A DNA stretch of 63,336 bases, the filler included, from Chiloscyllium plagiosum (Eukaryota), in assembly GCF_004010195.1 (NCBI RefSeq). It is 5 parts of one record of this genome, joined end to end, with 100 filler letters (N's around TTAATTAATTAA, not from the genome) between each part and the next. Parts side by side here need not be neighbours in the genome. Positions count along the whole stretch, not along the records: positions 15,704 to 38,737 come from NC_057714.1; 4 more parts are not named here. The stretch is one strand, 5' to 3'. Position 1 is the stretch's first letter. Each line of letters opens with the position of its first letter. A model generated the notes under the pieces. The model worked only from the letters and a program-made list of their open reading frames with translations. It searched no databases and was not told the origin of the DNA. Of the stretch, positions 23,671-37,469 are shown in pieces. A program made the translations under genes and the position numbers.

Positions 23671-25751
23671 TCTCTTTTTATGCTTTGGGTTAGAATGAAT
23701 GTACTTTGCTAATCTGACACAGGAGCCTCAACCCCTCTCAGGCTGGCCCAGAATTTCCACAGCTTCTTACAGAACTAAAATACAGGTGGAGCTGGCCCCT
23801 CAACTACTTTGACAAATATGGAGCAGCATTTAAAATTACTCTAGATTTGAAGGAATACGCTAGATAGTGTTGAATACCCAGTGAATGGAGGAATGAAAGA
23901 CAACAGAAAGAAAGAGGAAACAGTCAATGGCCTTTCACTCAGAGCCAGGAAAAGGGTGGGGGTACAAGGAGATTTTCAGACAGGAAATGCTGAAGCATAG
24001 GCTCATCAGGCCACCGAGAGAAATTAACTGGAAGATCTCTTTGAAAACTATTGGAGGGTGTTTCTTGCCAAGCAGCAAATTCGATCGACAGGTTGGCTGT
24101 CAGGTAGGACAAAGGCTATGGATCAGATCACAACCAAGGTTGATATAGCAGTACAGAGGGATTAGATATCTTGTAAGTGTTGGAGGTTAATGAAATGCAA
24201 GAGTATGAAAATGTACAGGTCGGTTAGTAGGGATTGGGAGTATTCCTGCTCCTATTGGTCCACATGCAGTTAACTATCTGCCAGCCTCGGAATCTCACCC
24301 ATCCTGTGCTCAATACAATGCAGTTAAACTGGAGGCACAGAAACTCCACAAAAGATTTCACAAATCAAACTGCCTCAAGTAAAGTGATTGCTCCACCCAC
24401 TAATTAAAACGAGAAGTGGGCAGATCAGGGCCAGGTTTAGAAAGTTTCACATTTTTACCTTTCCACCCACCTTGGAATTTAACATTCATTCACTGTGTTG
24501 CAATTTTAATTGCAGTGCAACCCTAGAATGAAATTACAACACTCGTATTTCGTAGTTTATATAATGCTTTAACAATTTCAAACACACAGCTAGTTTTGAA
24601 TGTCAGTAGGTATATCTATTGCAGCAAGGTTAGGAAGTGCATAGATGATCCTTGAGTACATTTGCCATCAGAATGCTCAGGAGTAAATACACAGCACAGG
24701 GATAGCATGGTTTATTATCATGGAACAGCAGTTTATAGAGAGAATCAACATTTACCATATTCAAATCTACTTTGGAAAACCGACAATCTAGCTGATCTTC
24801 TTCTATTGCAAAATCACCACCCCATCTGATTTTCTTCCAACATGAAAGTCAATGGAAAATAAAATGGCTATTTGACCTGTAGTTGCCTGACGTATTCACT
24901 TACAATTACACCTTTAGCTTCTACACAATTAAAACTCAGAGAATGAAGCGCAGAGAGCACCATTCCCACACATTCATTTCATTTGAACTTCTGCCATAAC
25001 TGCTTTCAAACAACTCGTGTTTGATCCTTTCTGATCAACTATATTTGTGTGGTCACATAACTGAAACAAATTATGTGAATAGACTGTTGACGTCATGCAT
25101 GGTTGATCATTCACTGAAGATTAGGAGTCAGTGGTAAGTGAGAGCAAACAAAGCAATACAAAGCATGTGTGTTAGGTTAAAACCTGCACTCAGGCCAAAC
25201 TAATCCAGAGTGTAATGAATCATAATATTAGAACAGAAAGCAATATGAGTGGCATGTTTAAGTTGAATTACCATGTGGCAATGTAAGGTCACCTCCATGA
25301 ACAGGACAAGAAACTCTGACAGTATAGTGATGAGTTGAAGTGGAAAAAAAAAGAAAATTCATCCAAAAATGTTGTAATTTTTAACCCAAAAATGCCCCTT
25401 TACCTTTCTTGCAATTAGATTTGCGCTGGCTTTGATCAAACTTACAAATGAATTCCAAAATGTGAAACAAACCAAAAGTAAAGTTTGAGAGACTCAACTT
25501 TCAGTGAAAACCTTGGAGGTCATCTTGTACACAAGTAACGTTTGAGGGGTTTAAAATCCACTTTCCCCCATTATGTCACTACATTTTTTTTTGGTGGTAC
25601 ATCAGCTGATCCGAGTTGTCAGGTCAGACACTGTACCAGGCAACCTGACCCCCAAAAATAACACAAACAGAGCCTAAAAGTGTTTTCAATGTTGAGGGTT
25701 TTTTTTGGAATACCTTCATGCAGACAGATTGTCATTAATTTGTGTACAGTA

Positions 25752-27500
25752 GACCACAAGATATAGGAACAGAAATAGGCCATTCACCCCACTGAGACTG
25801 CTTTCCCAGTCAATGAGATCATGGCTGGTCTGATAACCCTCAACTCCACTTTCTTGCCTTTTTCCTATAATTCCCACTACCCTTCCTGATTAACAATCAA
25901 TTACCGCCACCTTTAATATACATAACAATAGCCCTGTGCATAAAGAATTACACAGGGTCATCACCCTCAGAGAAGGAATACTTCATTTGTCCGAAAGATG
26001 TGATCCCGTATTTTAGTCATAGACTCTCTCACAATGGGGAAACAACCTCTCCACATCTGCCCTCTCAAGTCTCCTAAGAATCTTGTACGTTTCAAAAGGG
26101 CCATCTCTCATTTCTTCTAAATTTCAAAGAGTATGAACCCAATCTATTAATCTCCCCTGATAAGACAGTCCCTCCTTACCCAATATCACCTGAAGAAACT
26201 TCTCTGGACTCCCTCCAGTGCCAGTAAATCTTTCCTTAGATAAGGGATCCAAACTGTTCACAGTATTCTACCTGTGCTCGTATTAGTACCTTATACAGTT
26301 TTAGCAAAACCTCTCCACTTGTATACTCAACTCTCTCCGAAATAAAGGCCAACATTCCATTTGTCTTCCCTCTTACCCTCTGAACTTGGATGCCAGCTTT
26401 TTTTGTGATTCATGCACAAGAACACCCAAATCCCTGTTCTGCAGTCATTCTCCAGTTCCTCTATTCTTCTGCCAAAGTACACATTTTCCCACATTATATT
26501 CCATCTGCCAGGTTTTTTGCCCAAATATTTAACCTGTCAATATTCCTCTGCAAATTCTTTTTTTATCCTCACAACTTGCCTTCCCACTTATTTTTATGTC
26601 ATCCATAAACTTGGTGACAGTTTATTCACTTTCTTCATCCAAGTCATTAGTATATTGTAAATAATTGTGGCCATAGCACTGATCCCTATGGCACTCCAAT
26701 AATTACAGGTTACCATCCTGAAAAAGCATCCTCCCCAACTTTCTGTCTTCTATTATTTATCCAATGCTCTATCCATATACACCTCCAACACTACGAGCTC
26801 TTATTAACTAGCCTAACATGTGATGCTTTATCAAGCACCTTCTGATAATCCAAATATGTTACATCCACTGCTTTCCCTTTATCGATCCTGCTTGTTACCC
26901 CCTCAAAGAATTCTAGTAAACTTGTCAGACATGATTCCCTCTCCATAAAGCCATGCTGACTCAGTTTGATCACAATGCATTTCTAATTACTCTGTTATTA
27001 CATCCTCTATAATAGACTCTAACATTTCCTCTGTAACAAATATTAAGCTAACCAGTTTGTAGCAAGTTTATTTTTGTCTCATTCCCTTCAAAATAAAGAT
27101 CTAACATTGAGAGTTTTCCAATCCGCTGGAACTTTTCTAGAATCCAAGAATTCTCGGAAGATTACAACCAGTGCATCTACCATCCCTGTAGCTACTTGCT
27201 TTAATTCTAAAGATGCATCCCATCAGTTCCAGGGGAATTATCAGACTTTACTCCCATTATTTTCCACAGCACCTTTTCTCTGGTAATAGTTTAACTATTT
27301 ATTTCATTATTTTCTTTTTCCCCCTTGATTATTTAGTAATTTTGGAAGACTATTCATGTTTTCTGTGAAGATTAATTTAAAGAATGTATTCAACTTCTCT
27401 GCCATTTTCTGGTCACCTATTATTATAGAATGAGACTGGTAAGTAAGGGGTTTATGTTCACTTTGGCTTTTGTCTTCCATTTTATAAATTTAAAGAAGCT
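25752..27500 (-). mobile_element. Degraded CR1-type LINE
   Basis: ORF 26791-26973 (SQHGFMERESCLTSLLEFFEGVTSRIDKGKAVDVTYLDYQK), an RT core fragment; 3' tail at about 25752-25860. Confidence 0.82.
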
Positions 27501-30215
27501 TTACAAATTGTCAATGGTCCTAACAAATGTATTGGACTGTGCACAACTCTTGAATAATTTGATGACAATTTCCATCCTGATTTCATCCCAAACCACAAAA
27601 ACCCATTACATTCAATTACTAATGACAGAACTGCTTCTGTTGTTCAATGTCTTCCTTCCTGTGACATCCAATCATCCCACTTTATTCTCATGCTATCCTT
27701 GAAGGACTTGTTTAGAGAGAAATTCAATCATTGGACACAAGGCCGGTTAGACCACCACAATATCATTGTTTGATTATTTAACTTCAGCAATGGTGTCAAT
27801 GACCAGGTGTAGCTGAACATGTTCCAGATGAGAAGCCTTTTTCTTTACGCAATCCTCTAAAAATCAGAGGCTCCAAACTTTCCTCCGCCATATATTGAAG
27901 CCACCTTCAATCCATTCTTTAATGTAAACATGGATGTTGACTCCTCTTGGGAATTCCTGTTTTTGGGATGCTTTCTCTTGAAGAATACTGTTGGCTTAAG
28001 CTGGCAGGAATGTCAAAACTCATCGGAGTCTCAAACATGTTCTTAATACAGGCCAGTCTGTGTCAATCTTTTGTCAATTTTCATTATAAATCACTGAAAT
28101 GCGATAAGTCTGTCATCGAGTTCTGCTGGGTGATGCTGTGGAAACTTGGTCTTCTACGACAGTATAAAATTGCTTCACTTCATAAACCTGATATATTATT
28201 GAGAGTTGGCTTTGGAATTCGCAATGCCTTTTGCTATGCTGATTTTAGGGTAAAGTTTCAGATATATCTATGAGAAACTAAGAATTCCTCTCAGTGATGT
28301 GAGTGGACATAAGCTTTTTTCACTTGTTTTAATAAGGCATCTGCCTAAGCTGCATAGAGAACTTCTTTCAATCTCGAATGTTCTTCTTGGTTGTCTTGAA
28401 TTCTGTAGCTGCTGCAAGCTCAACTCTTTAAAGTTGACCTGGCCTGTGTAAAATAGTTCCAACTATTGCTATATTGGAGGGTGGGATTGGCATAAACACT
28501 GTACACACCAGTGAGATGGTAGCCTTGTCAGCTTACATTTCCATGTGTCCACACACGTCATTGAACAGCCACCGTCAATGGTGTGTTAGTTTATGAGTCC
28601 GTTAACAGTAGGTTTACACCAGGGCAAGTTTGTTTTCAGTACGGAGTGGATGTTAGGTAGAGAAAGTTGGTATTTTTGTGGCCAAAAGATGGGATTTAAC
28701 TTTTACATGAGATTGACTATTACTCAAGAACTTTCGGTACTTCAATGGCAAAAGGAGTCACATAAAACTATTGAGACTTCTTCCAAGGGCTTTATTGTCT
28801 GTCCTTTAAATAGTGGTCTTTCAATCACAAATTGGGCAATCCAAAGTCATTGATAACACAGACAAAATTAAAAAAAGTTTGCTCATTTTGGCATGAATTA
28901 AGAACTGAATTCTAGTTCTATAAAAAGTAGCGCTTGCAAATCCACTGTGGAAAAATAAAGTCTAACTTCCCCTTAGGAAAACAATTTGCTCTCAAATGAA
29001 AGGTTTTGTTATGAATAGCATCCTGTCCTAACTAAACAGTGAGCCCCTGGTAACTGAAGGGTTCTCTTTAGTCAGACCATGAACATGAATTGTCACGTGC
29101 TGAAAGCACAGTGACATAAATGAATTCACAGCAGGAAGCCAGCAAGCAATGAGGCCAAGTTTATGTGCCAGATGTAATGTTACTTTTGCTCTCCAAACAG
29201 CCATTAAAAGTACATGACTGTGCTTTCTAATTTCTCTATAAAGTCTATTACTAGTCAAGTACATTATATAGCTCAAAATGGAAGAGGTATTTTGCATGCT
29301 TTCCACTAGAACTCCAAGCAGAGTCCTGAAAAGAGAAAAGGTTGGCAAATCTCCAAAGAATATTGAACCACCTGAATTCTACAATTCACGTTTAATGCAC
29401 TCAAATCCAACTTCAAAACCTACTAACAAAAAGATACAATTTGTGCCTTTTGTTTCTCTGCTGGGAAAATTCAGACAGGGTTTCCTCAATCATAAAAGGA
29501 TGTCAGCAGACACTTATGCAAACAAACTGGTTAGCTGCCCCTCCATTTAAATGAATTGAAATTAACCCATTACTTGTCCACCATTCTCTCAAAGAAAATC
29601 AGCTATGCAACTGTGGCTCCAACATATGTGAGAGACTAAAGAAACCAAGTCCTATCCACAGTGCTCAAACAATGAATGCTTTGAGCATTAATCAATTTAA
29701 TTCCCATGTAAATGGAGTAATAAAACGTGAAAAAAAATTCTTACAATACAGCAAGCACAAACAATACTGCAAAAACAATTATGATTGAAACATATTTTCA
29801 AATGTTTATATAAAAATACTTGGAAAAAAATGAGATTACAATTATTAGTTCAGAGTATCAATGGTTGTTCACATGAATATTGTTGCTAATTCTCCTCACA
29901 TACCTAACTTCTAAAAATGTTACTACTTTGATTAGCTGCTCATGGTATGTTGCATTCAGAGTAAAATTTGAATTGTAGAGATTGGAAGTAGCCACTTGCT
30001 GTTATTAATACTACTGGCTGAGTTCAAATGATCAAATACTTTGTTCTGTTTTGAAAATAAATGACCTTAAATTGTTCGCAGACTACACACATATATTTTG
30101 TTTGTACATTTTACCATGCCAGTAGGACAAATACCACACATACCCTTCAAAGTCAAATTTGAGACAAAACTTGTGATAATAAATAATGGATCAATGATGA
30201 CACAAGTAATCTATT

Positions 30216-30310
30216 CTGATGAAAGCTCATCATCCTAAAAGATTAACTCAGTTTCACCCTACAGATAATGCTTAACCAGCTAAAGATTTTCCAGCACTTT
30301 TGTCCTTATT
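30216..30310 (+). mobile_element. Old solo Penelope terminal-repeat fragment (family C) starting at CTGATGA
   Basis: ctgatgaaagctcatcatcctaaaagattaactcagtttc..ttttccagcacttttgt; degenerate hammerhead region. Confidence 0.5.
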
Positions 30311-31554
30311 CTGGCACATTTTCTTTCAGTGGTGAAATAATGGAGACAATTATCAGCATAAAGTATCCACTTTCACAAAACTCGCTTGGAAAATACTCAT
30401 GGGTTTTGCTATACACATCAAGCTAAACTGCAAAACTTAACTTAAACGTTGCACTTACTTTAAGTAAAAATAAGAAGTGTTCATTAATATTTCAGAAAAG
30501 CAACCAGACAGAAAGACTGCAGAAAACAAAGTATTTAAATAATAAATTAACAATAAATTACCAAATTGGATGCAGCTTATTCTGCACAGACTGTATTCCA
30601 ACTTTTCTCTCGACATATTCTGAGTCAGTCACCTATCATTCACTATCATAATAGGAGACAAAGTCAAACGGTCACAGATCTACAGCATAGAAAAAGCCTC
30701 TCCATCCATCACATCCACACCAGTCAAAACCAACCACCTATTATAATGCCATTTTCCAACACTTGGCCCATTGCCTTGTATGTCTTGGCATCACAAATGC
30801 ACATCTGAATACATCTGAAAATGTTATAAACGTTTCTGCCTCTATCATCCTTACAGGCAGTACTTTCCCATAACCGTCTGGGTGAAAAAGTTTGTCCTTA
30901 CGTCTCCTCTTCACCTTTATCCCCTTAGATCCATACCATCAGAAAGAAACGTTTTTTCCTTTCTACCCTATCTCAATTATGCCCTCTCTCAATCTCCTCT
31001 GCCCTCAGCATAACAATCCCAGTCTATCAATCTCACTTCATAATAAATGCTTCAGCCCAGGCAACACCCTGTCAAATCTCCTCTGCATCATCTCCAGTGC
31101 AATTATGTTCCTCTAATAATATGGATTCCAGAATTGCGCACAATACTCCATCTTAAATAATAATATGCTAGGGCTTTTATCATGCCTAAATTAATGGAAA
31201 GTGAACAAAATCATTCCCAACATAAACAGGCTTACATTATTGGTATTATTGTCAGACAACAGGCAGAGCTGTTATATAGTGCCATTAATACAGGAAAACA
31301 TCTGTCTCTGTCAGCAGCCTCTTGCTCCTACATTTGTCAGTCAGTCTCAGGTCTTTGAAGGGTTTGCAAACACAGCTGGATCACACTAGAGCACAATTTG
31401 CAATAAAACACTGCTCATGGCATCCAAAAATCCTGCATGCATGTTCTTGTTTTTCCCCTTTTTTTTCCTCTATTGATAATAATTTGGTTCAAACTATGTC
31501 TGGCAGTGGTTAAAGATGTACATTTTAAATTTCTAAGTTAGGACATACCAAAGG

Positions 31555-32225
31555 ATGGGTGGGGTATTTTTTCCCTTTTTTTATATAAACATTTTTTTTA
31601 TTCATATTGATATTCTATGGGGTGTTTATTCTTTTTAGCTTGTGCTTGCGATGCGGCTCTAGCTGGGAGAAGTGAAGGTGGTTGAGATGGTTAGATTCTG
31701 GATCAGTGGTGCTGGAAGAGCACAGCAGTTCAGGCAGCATCCAAAGAGCAGCGAAATCGACGTTTTGGGCAAATGAAGGGCTTTTGCCCAAAACGTCGAT
31801 TTCGCTGCTCTTTGGATGCTGCCTGAACTGCTGTGCTCTTCCAGCACCACTAATCCAGAATCTGGTTTCCAGCATCTGCAGTCATTGTTTTTACCTCCCT
31901 GAGATGGTTGGATGCCTATTTATGGGCAGTTCGGGACGGGTAGTGGCCCCTCCGGGCAGGGGTGAGTTCCCCTACTCAGCGCTATTGGCGCTTTATATGT
32001 TGGTTTGTTTTCTGGTTTTTGTTGTTTTTTATTTTTAATAATTTTGTATGTTTGTTAAATGTAGTGGTTTTAGTTTATGTAGTTTTTATATTTGGTGGAA
32101 CATGCGACACTAAGTTAATTTGTGGTTCGGGTTCCTCCTCTCTGGAATTTAAATGTAATTGCAGAAGATTATGCCTAATGATTTGATTAAATGGTGTACC
32201 TGGAATATCAAGGGAAGTCACTCAC
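31555..32225 (+). mobile_element. L1-clade fragment: T-rich inter-ORF spacer and ORF2 start, interrupted by a fold-back PLE
   Basis: ATG at 32171 gives MPNDLIKWCTWNIKGSHS, resembling the N-terminal APE motif (S/T)WN(V/I)KG. It follows a GT/T-rich spacer. Confidence 0.55.
31693..31899. mobile_element. Fold-back Penelope derivative (family B), 10-bp TSD
   Basis: TGAGATGGTT at 31683-31692 and 31900-31909; inverted arms of about 80 bp meeting at atgaagggcttttgccc. Confidence 0.85.
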
Positions 32226-32529
32226 AGAATGATAAACGCATACCCAAGCAACAATATTTATACATACTACAATTGTTTAACTTAGATTAGTTTGTCCACA
32301 AAGTCTCTTGCCTTCTCCGATTTGTCAAAGAGATGCATGGATCCATCTCAGGTATTCCGAAGCACTGCCGGATACCTCAGGGAATACTGATCCCAAGCTC
32401 CTTGAATCTTCTCTTGACACCATCATACGATTTCTTCTGGAACTTCTTTGCAACAGACGTATGGAAGATTCTCGGATGCCATAAGCAGTGATAAAGTATT
32501 AGATAAATATAAAAAATTCTCATTTAAGT

Positions 32530-33065
32530 AGTTGGAGTACTGTGCGAAGTTTTTGGCCCCTTATCATAGGAAAGATGCACTGGCCATGGAGCATGTTCAA
32601 AGGAGATTCATAAGAATAGTCCCAGGAATTAAAAGGTTTACATATGAAGAACATTTGAGGATTCTGGGTCTATATTCAATAGAATTTAAAAGGATGAGGG
32701 GGCATCTAATTGAAACATACAGGATACTAAATGGCCTGGACAGAGTAAATATTGGGAAGATTCCATTGGTAAGAGAAACTAGGACCAGAGGGCACAGCCT
32801 TACAGTAAAGGTCAACCTTTCATAACGAATATAAAGGAGAAACTTCTTCAGCCAGAGAGTGGTGAATCTATGAATTCATTGCCACAGAAGGCTGTGGAGG
32901 CCGGTCATTTAGTATATTTAAACTAAGACATAAGTTCTTGAGTATCAATGATTATGGGGAGAAAGCGAGAGAACGGGTTGAGAAACTTATCAGCCATGAT
33001 TGAATGGCAGAGCAGGCGCAATAGGCTGAATGGCCTAATTTCTGTTCCTATGTCTTATGGTCTTA
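32530..33065 (+). mobile_element. CR1-type LINE 3' fragment
   Basis: ORF 32532-32825 (EYCAKFLAPYHRKD..VQRRF..LGLYSIEFKRMRGHLIETYRIL..RTRGHSL); tcttatggtctta tail. Confidence 0.88.
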
Positions 33066-34009
33066 AGTAATGTAGAATGCTCCATCATGATGTGACTGGA
33101 ACCTAAAGCATAGTTCTAAGATGTACAAGTGTAAAAATAGGGAAAATGACAAACATAGATTTCAAATTGATTTGGTAGTCTGGAGTTAAATTTTGGTGAA
33201 TGATTATTTCAGATAGTGGCCTCCAAGTACTTCTCTAGAACATACTGCTTTGATTTCCAACCTACTGTCCAAGCCACGTCCAGATAAACAGTATTATTGT
33301 AGAAATATTTTATTTGTTTGAAGCTCAAAAATATTTGATAGCAAGTTACTAAAGATGTGAAAATTCAGAATATGACTTTCTCCTGCAAGCCCCTCCCCAC
33401 CAGAAGGTTCTCTCAGATTCTTTAAGGTTTGGTGATCTCAGACTGTGAGCATATGTTGTTTTGTTTAGAGCATGACACCAGTGCAATTTATCTGTTGTTT
33501 GTGAAAACATCAGAAAATACCATCAGGTATTATTGTCAATTAGCTCAGAGATTTATTCTCAGTTTCACTTTTCTATCCATTCCATTCAATTTTTTTTTTC
33601 ATTTTCCTCACCAGCTCATTCAAGGGCAGAGGGTGAGGAGAAAGGAGATGTCACAAAGTCGAAAGCACACCTTTACAATCATCACCAGTGAGACAATATG
33701 CTTTTCTAAAAGGGTGTAGCTTCAAAACAGTAGCCTGAAATTGCACTGAACTCTTATCCAGATCCTAGCACATAAGAAACAACCAGAAATTTGACTCAGT
33801 GTGGAAAGCAGTACTACATCCACCCCAGTCAGAACATGAATCAAGATCCATTGGGACCAATCTGATCTGTGCCATCTATCTTGCCAACAAAGTAAACCAG
33901 CCTTGTCCAGTATTTCGACCAGCTGGGATCATAACACAATGCAGCACTAACCTTTGAGCTCCCCCCATACCAACACTTCTGATATCTAACTGCTCTCCAT
34001 CTCTCTCCC

Positions 34010-34308
34010 CAACACTGTGCCTCACAGCGCCAGAGACCCAGGTTCAATTCCCACCTCAGGCGACTGACTGTGTGGAGTTTGCACGTTCTCCCAGTGTCTG
34101 CGTGGGTTTCCTCCGGGTGCTCCGGTTTCCTCCCACAGTCCAAAGATGTGCAGGTCAGGTGAATTGGCCATGCTAAATTGCCCGTAGTGTTAGGTAAGAG
34201 GTAAATGTAGGGGTATGGGTGGGTTGCGCTTCGGCGGGGCGGTGTGGACTTGTTGGGCCGAAGGGCCTGTTTCCACACTGTAAGTAATCTAATCTAATCT
34301 AATCTAAT
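34010..34308 (+). mobile_element. HE1-type V-SINE, young, head slightly truncated
   Basis: cctcacagcgccagagacccaggttcaattccc head, V-domain and (taatc)n tail; near-identical to 42004-42321. Confidence 0.92.
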
Positions 34309-34964
34309 CCTTTCCCAGCTCCTACTGCAGCCTTTTCTGATCTTCCCCACTTCTCAGTACTAGCCCTTTCAATCTGTTATGTTCAGGAGCACCTAGTATA
34401 TCCAGCTCTCAATGTCTTCAAATTAACTTTGCTATAGAAGGACCACTAAAGCAACTTAGAAGCATGCGAGTGATAAAAATATGATGCACATGATGCTTGC
34501 CTTATACAAATTTATTATTTCCAAAATATTTCAACAATTAGCTGATTTATTGCAGTTTGAAATATCTAGATTATATTATATATCTGGATTTATAATATAT
34601 AGTGAAATAAAGTCAATAGTCCAGCAGTTTAAAAAAGAAAAGAGTGACCCTATGCTTCAAGTGAAATCAGTTGAGGAATTTTTCACAGTCCTTTCAAAGA
34701 GAAAATACAGGATATAGAAAATGAAACTTAACAACACAACAGAATCAAGATGATTCAGAGAATTTTCTACTGAGGGGTAGAAATGCATCTCCACAGTTCT
34801 CATTAAGATCAAGTCCATAACTGAAAAACACTTACACTGGTAAAAGCCTAAAAGTTACAATAGACAAAAATATCATACCCAAGGGAGGATGAAATAAAAA
34901 TGTCTTAAATCTTTCAAATGCCTTAGCCTATAATCAACTTTTAATTACATAATTCATACAAACA

Positions 34965-36310
34965 AACATACAAAATAGGAGTAGATTTACCTGCCAGTCC
35001 AGCTAGTTCCGTATCAATAAGATCATGGCTGTTCTGGTTGTGGTCTCAAATCTACTTCCTTGTTGACACCCACTAACTTCTGGCACCTTAAGTAAAGAAT
35101 CTTTCTGCCTCTTAAAAATATTCAATGACACTGCCTCTACTGTTCTCTGAACACAGAGACTCTCAAACTGCAGAAAGAAATCCTACTTCCATCTTAAATG
35201 AGAGGCACCTTACATTTTTAAACTGCACCCCTTAGTTCTAGTCTCCCCCACAGGGGGAAAACATCCTTTCAGCATACACACATACCCCACCTCTCCCACT
35301 AACTGCCCTCAGAATCTTGTTTACCTCAATTAGATTGCCTTTCATTCTTTAAAGCTTCAATGAATAAAAGGCCCAACCTGTCCGCATAAGACAATTCCTT
35401 CATCGTAGGAATCAGTTAATCGAACTTTCTATGAATTGTTTCCAATACAATTATGATTTCTTAAATAAGGCAGCGAAACTGTACAGAGTCCTCTCCAGTC
35501 TCAGCAATGCCCTGCACAACTGCAACAAACCATCCCTACTTTTACATTATTACAATGCTCCATTTGCCTTTTTAGTTATGTGCTGCCTGTTCACTGAAGG
35601 TTGTGATTCATGTATCAAGATACACAGCTTCTCTGTACCTCAGCCTTCTGCAATTTTGCTGTTTTAAATAATGCACTCATTTCCTATCATTTCTGCCAAA
35701 GTGAACAAGTTCACATTTTCTCACATTATACTTTATTCAGAATTGTTTATCCACTCACTTAAGCTGCATCCCTTTACAGACTCCTTAGTACCTCTTCACA
35801 ACTTATTATCTCACCTCATCAGCAAATTTAGCGACCATGCACTCAGTCTCTTTGTAGAAGTCACAAAAATAAATTATACATTGTTAAAGCTTCCAACATT
35901 GATCTCTGTGGCAGCAACTAGGAGACAGTGAGGACTGAAGGTGCTGGGAGAGTCAGAGTCAGTAAAGTGTGGTGCTGGAAAAAGCACAGCGGGCCAGGCA
36001 GCAGAGGGGCAAGAGAGTCAAAGTTTTAGGCAGGACCTTTCACCAGGACTGGGGAGGGGAGAGGGGGCTGAGAAATAAATAGGGGGAGGGAGTAAGGCTG
36101 GGGGCAAAGTTGGTGGGATGGTGATAGGTGGATACAGGTAGGAGGTGATTGTGATTGGTCAGTGGGAAGAGTGGATCCGATAGCATTCCACTCCTTACAT
36201 CTTGTCAACCTGAAAATGACCTGTTTATGTTGGCTCAATCCACTACTAATTGATTAACAAACCTTTTGCCCATGCTAATAAGTCACCCCTGCACAATGAG
36301 CTCTTATTCT
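34965..36310 (-). mobile_element. Old CR1-type LINE fragment, interrupted by an old Penelope terminal repeat (about 35923-36180)
   Basis: Degenerate CR1 3' sequence; the insert resembles family B (gtgaggactgaaggtgctgggagagtcagagtc..gctggaaaaagcacagc). Confidence 0.55.
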
Positions 36311-36444
36311 CTATACTCATGTCGAGACAGTGCATAAAAAAAAATCAGTAACTTTAATAACCAACTTCAATTATTTAAACATTCTGGAGTCAAAATATAA
36401 ACTACAGAAAGGATAAAAAAGAATTTTTAAAAAACTATACTTAC

Positions 36445-36657
36445 TATTCCAAAACTAGGATCATTTCTGATGCTGTTTCATAGATTTCATATAGGTTGAT
36501 GACCCAAGGATTGGATTCAGCCAATTCTAATACTGCAATCTCGTGAATAATTTCCATTCGACAGTCTTGACCCTTCCTTCTTTTTCTCATGAATTTGGCA
36601 GCATATTCCTTCCTTGTAGCTTTCTCGGTACATTTTTTTACAACTGCAAATTTACCT
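36445..36657 (-). CDS. STK17A: Internal coding exon (exon 2 equivalent) of serine/threonine kinase 17A (DRAK1), kinase N-lobe
   Basis: Translates as (R)[70 protein letters not shown](Y). This closely matches recalled vertebrate STK17A ([49 protein letters not shown]). Acceptor tctctctcttgtttgcacag|A at 36658/36657; donor TA|gtaagt at 36445/36444; 213 bp, phase 2 at both ends. I found no other STK17A exon in the window. Confidence 0.95.
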
Positions 36658-37070
36658 CTGTGCAAACAAGAGAGAGATATCTCTTCAGTTTAAATTGACC
36701 GAATCATTCAAAACTTTGCAATAGACGCAGAAACTTTAAATCATTACAACTTGCCTAATTCTAATGCAAATGAACAATTACAACTATTTCTAGTTGGCAT
36801 TTTGAGAAATTATACTGTACTTTTCTCTGCTTTAAACATGAGTTCAAATCTAAGAATCAGATTTCTTGCAATGCAGCCAGCAATTGTGGTTAACTTTCTT
36901 TTGTTGCTCTTCAGTTAGTTTCCAAAGTACATGGGTTCAAAACATCAAAGTATACACTGTTTAATATTTAAACAAACAGTTACCTTTTGAAAGTAATACT
37001 GAAGCAGAAAATTAGCAATAAGATGTTCTTTCTCAGTGGATAGCCAAGAAGGTGCATAAACACAACCATG

Positions 37071-37196
37071 ATCAGGTGGTGATGAAGGAGCAGCGCTCCG
37101 AAAGCTATGGCTTCCAAATAAACCTGTTGGACTATAACCTGGTGTTGTGTGATTTTTAACTTTCTCCACCCCAGTCCAACACCGGCAACTCCACAG
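37071..37196 (+). mobile_element. Solo Penelope terminal-repeat derivative (family D) with a hammerhead-like core
   Basis: TGATGA-A-GGAGC-agc-GCTCC-GAAA-GCTA at 37080-37107. It is preceded by a short inverted piece, atcaggtg (reverse complement cacctgat), and flanked by CATGATC on both sides. Confidence 0.7.
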
Positions 37197-37469
37197 CATG
37201 ATCTTGGATAGCAATGTGAACCCGAATCACATTAAAATTGCATGTAATATTTTAAATGAGTATTTTCATCTCTCTGTTACTGTTATCTTCTACCCAAAAA
37301 TAAATTTAAGCAAACCATACATAAAATCTAATAAAGGTATAAATTTAGGATTATAAGAAGCTACAGTTAGAAGAGAATTCTACAATTAGATCACAATTTA
37401 AATTTAATGAATTCCAGATTGGAAGAAGCCATAATTTAACTGAACAGCAGGATTGATTGGCAGTACAAA

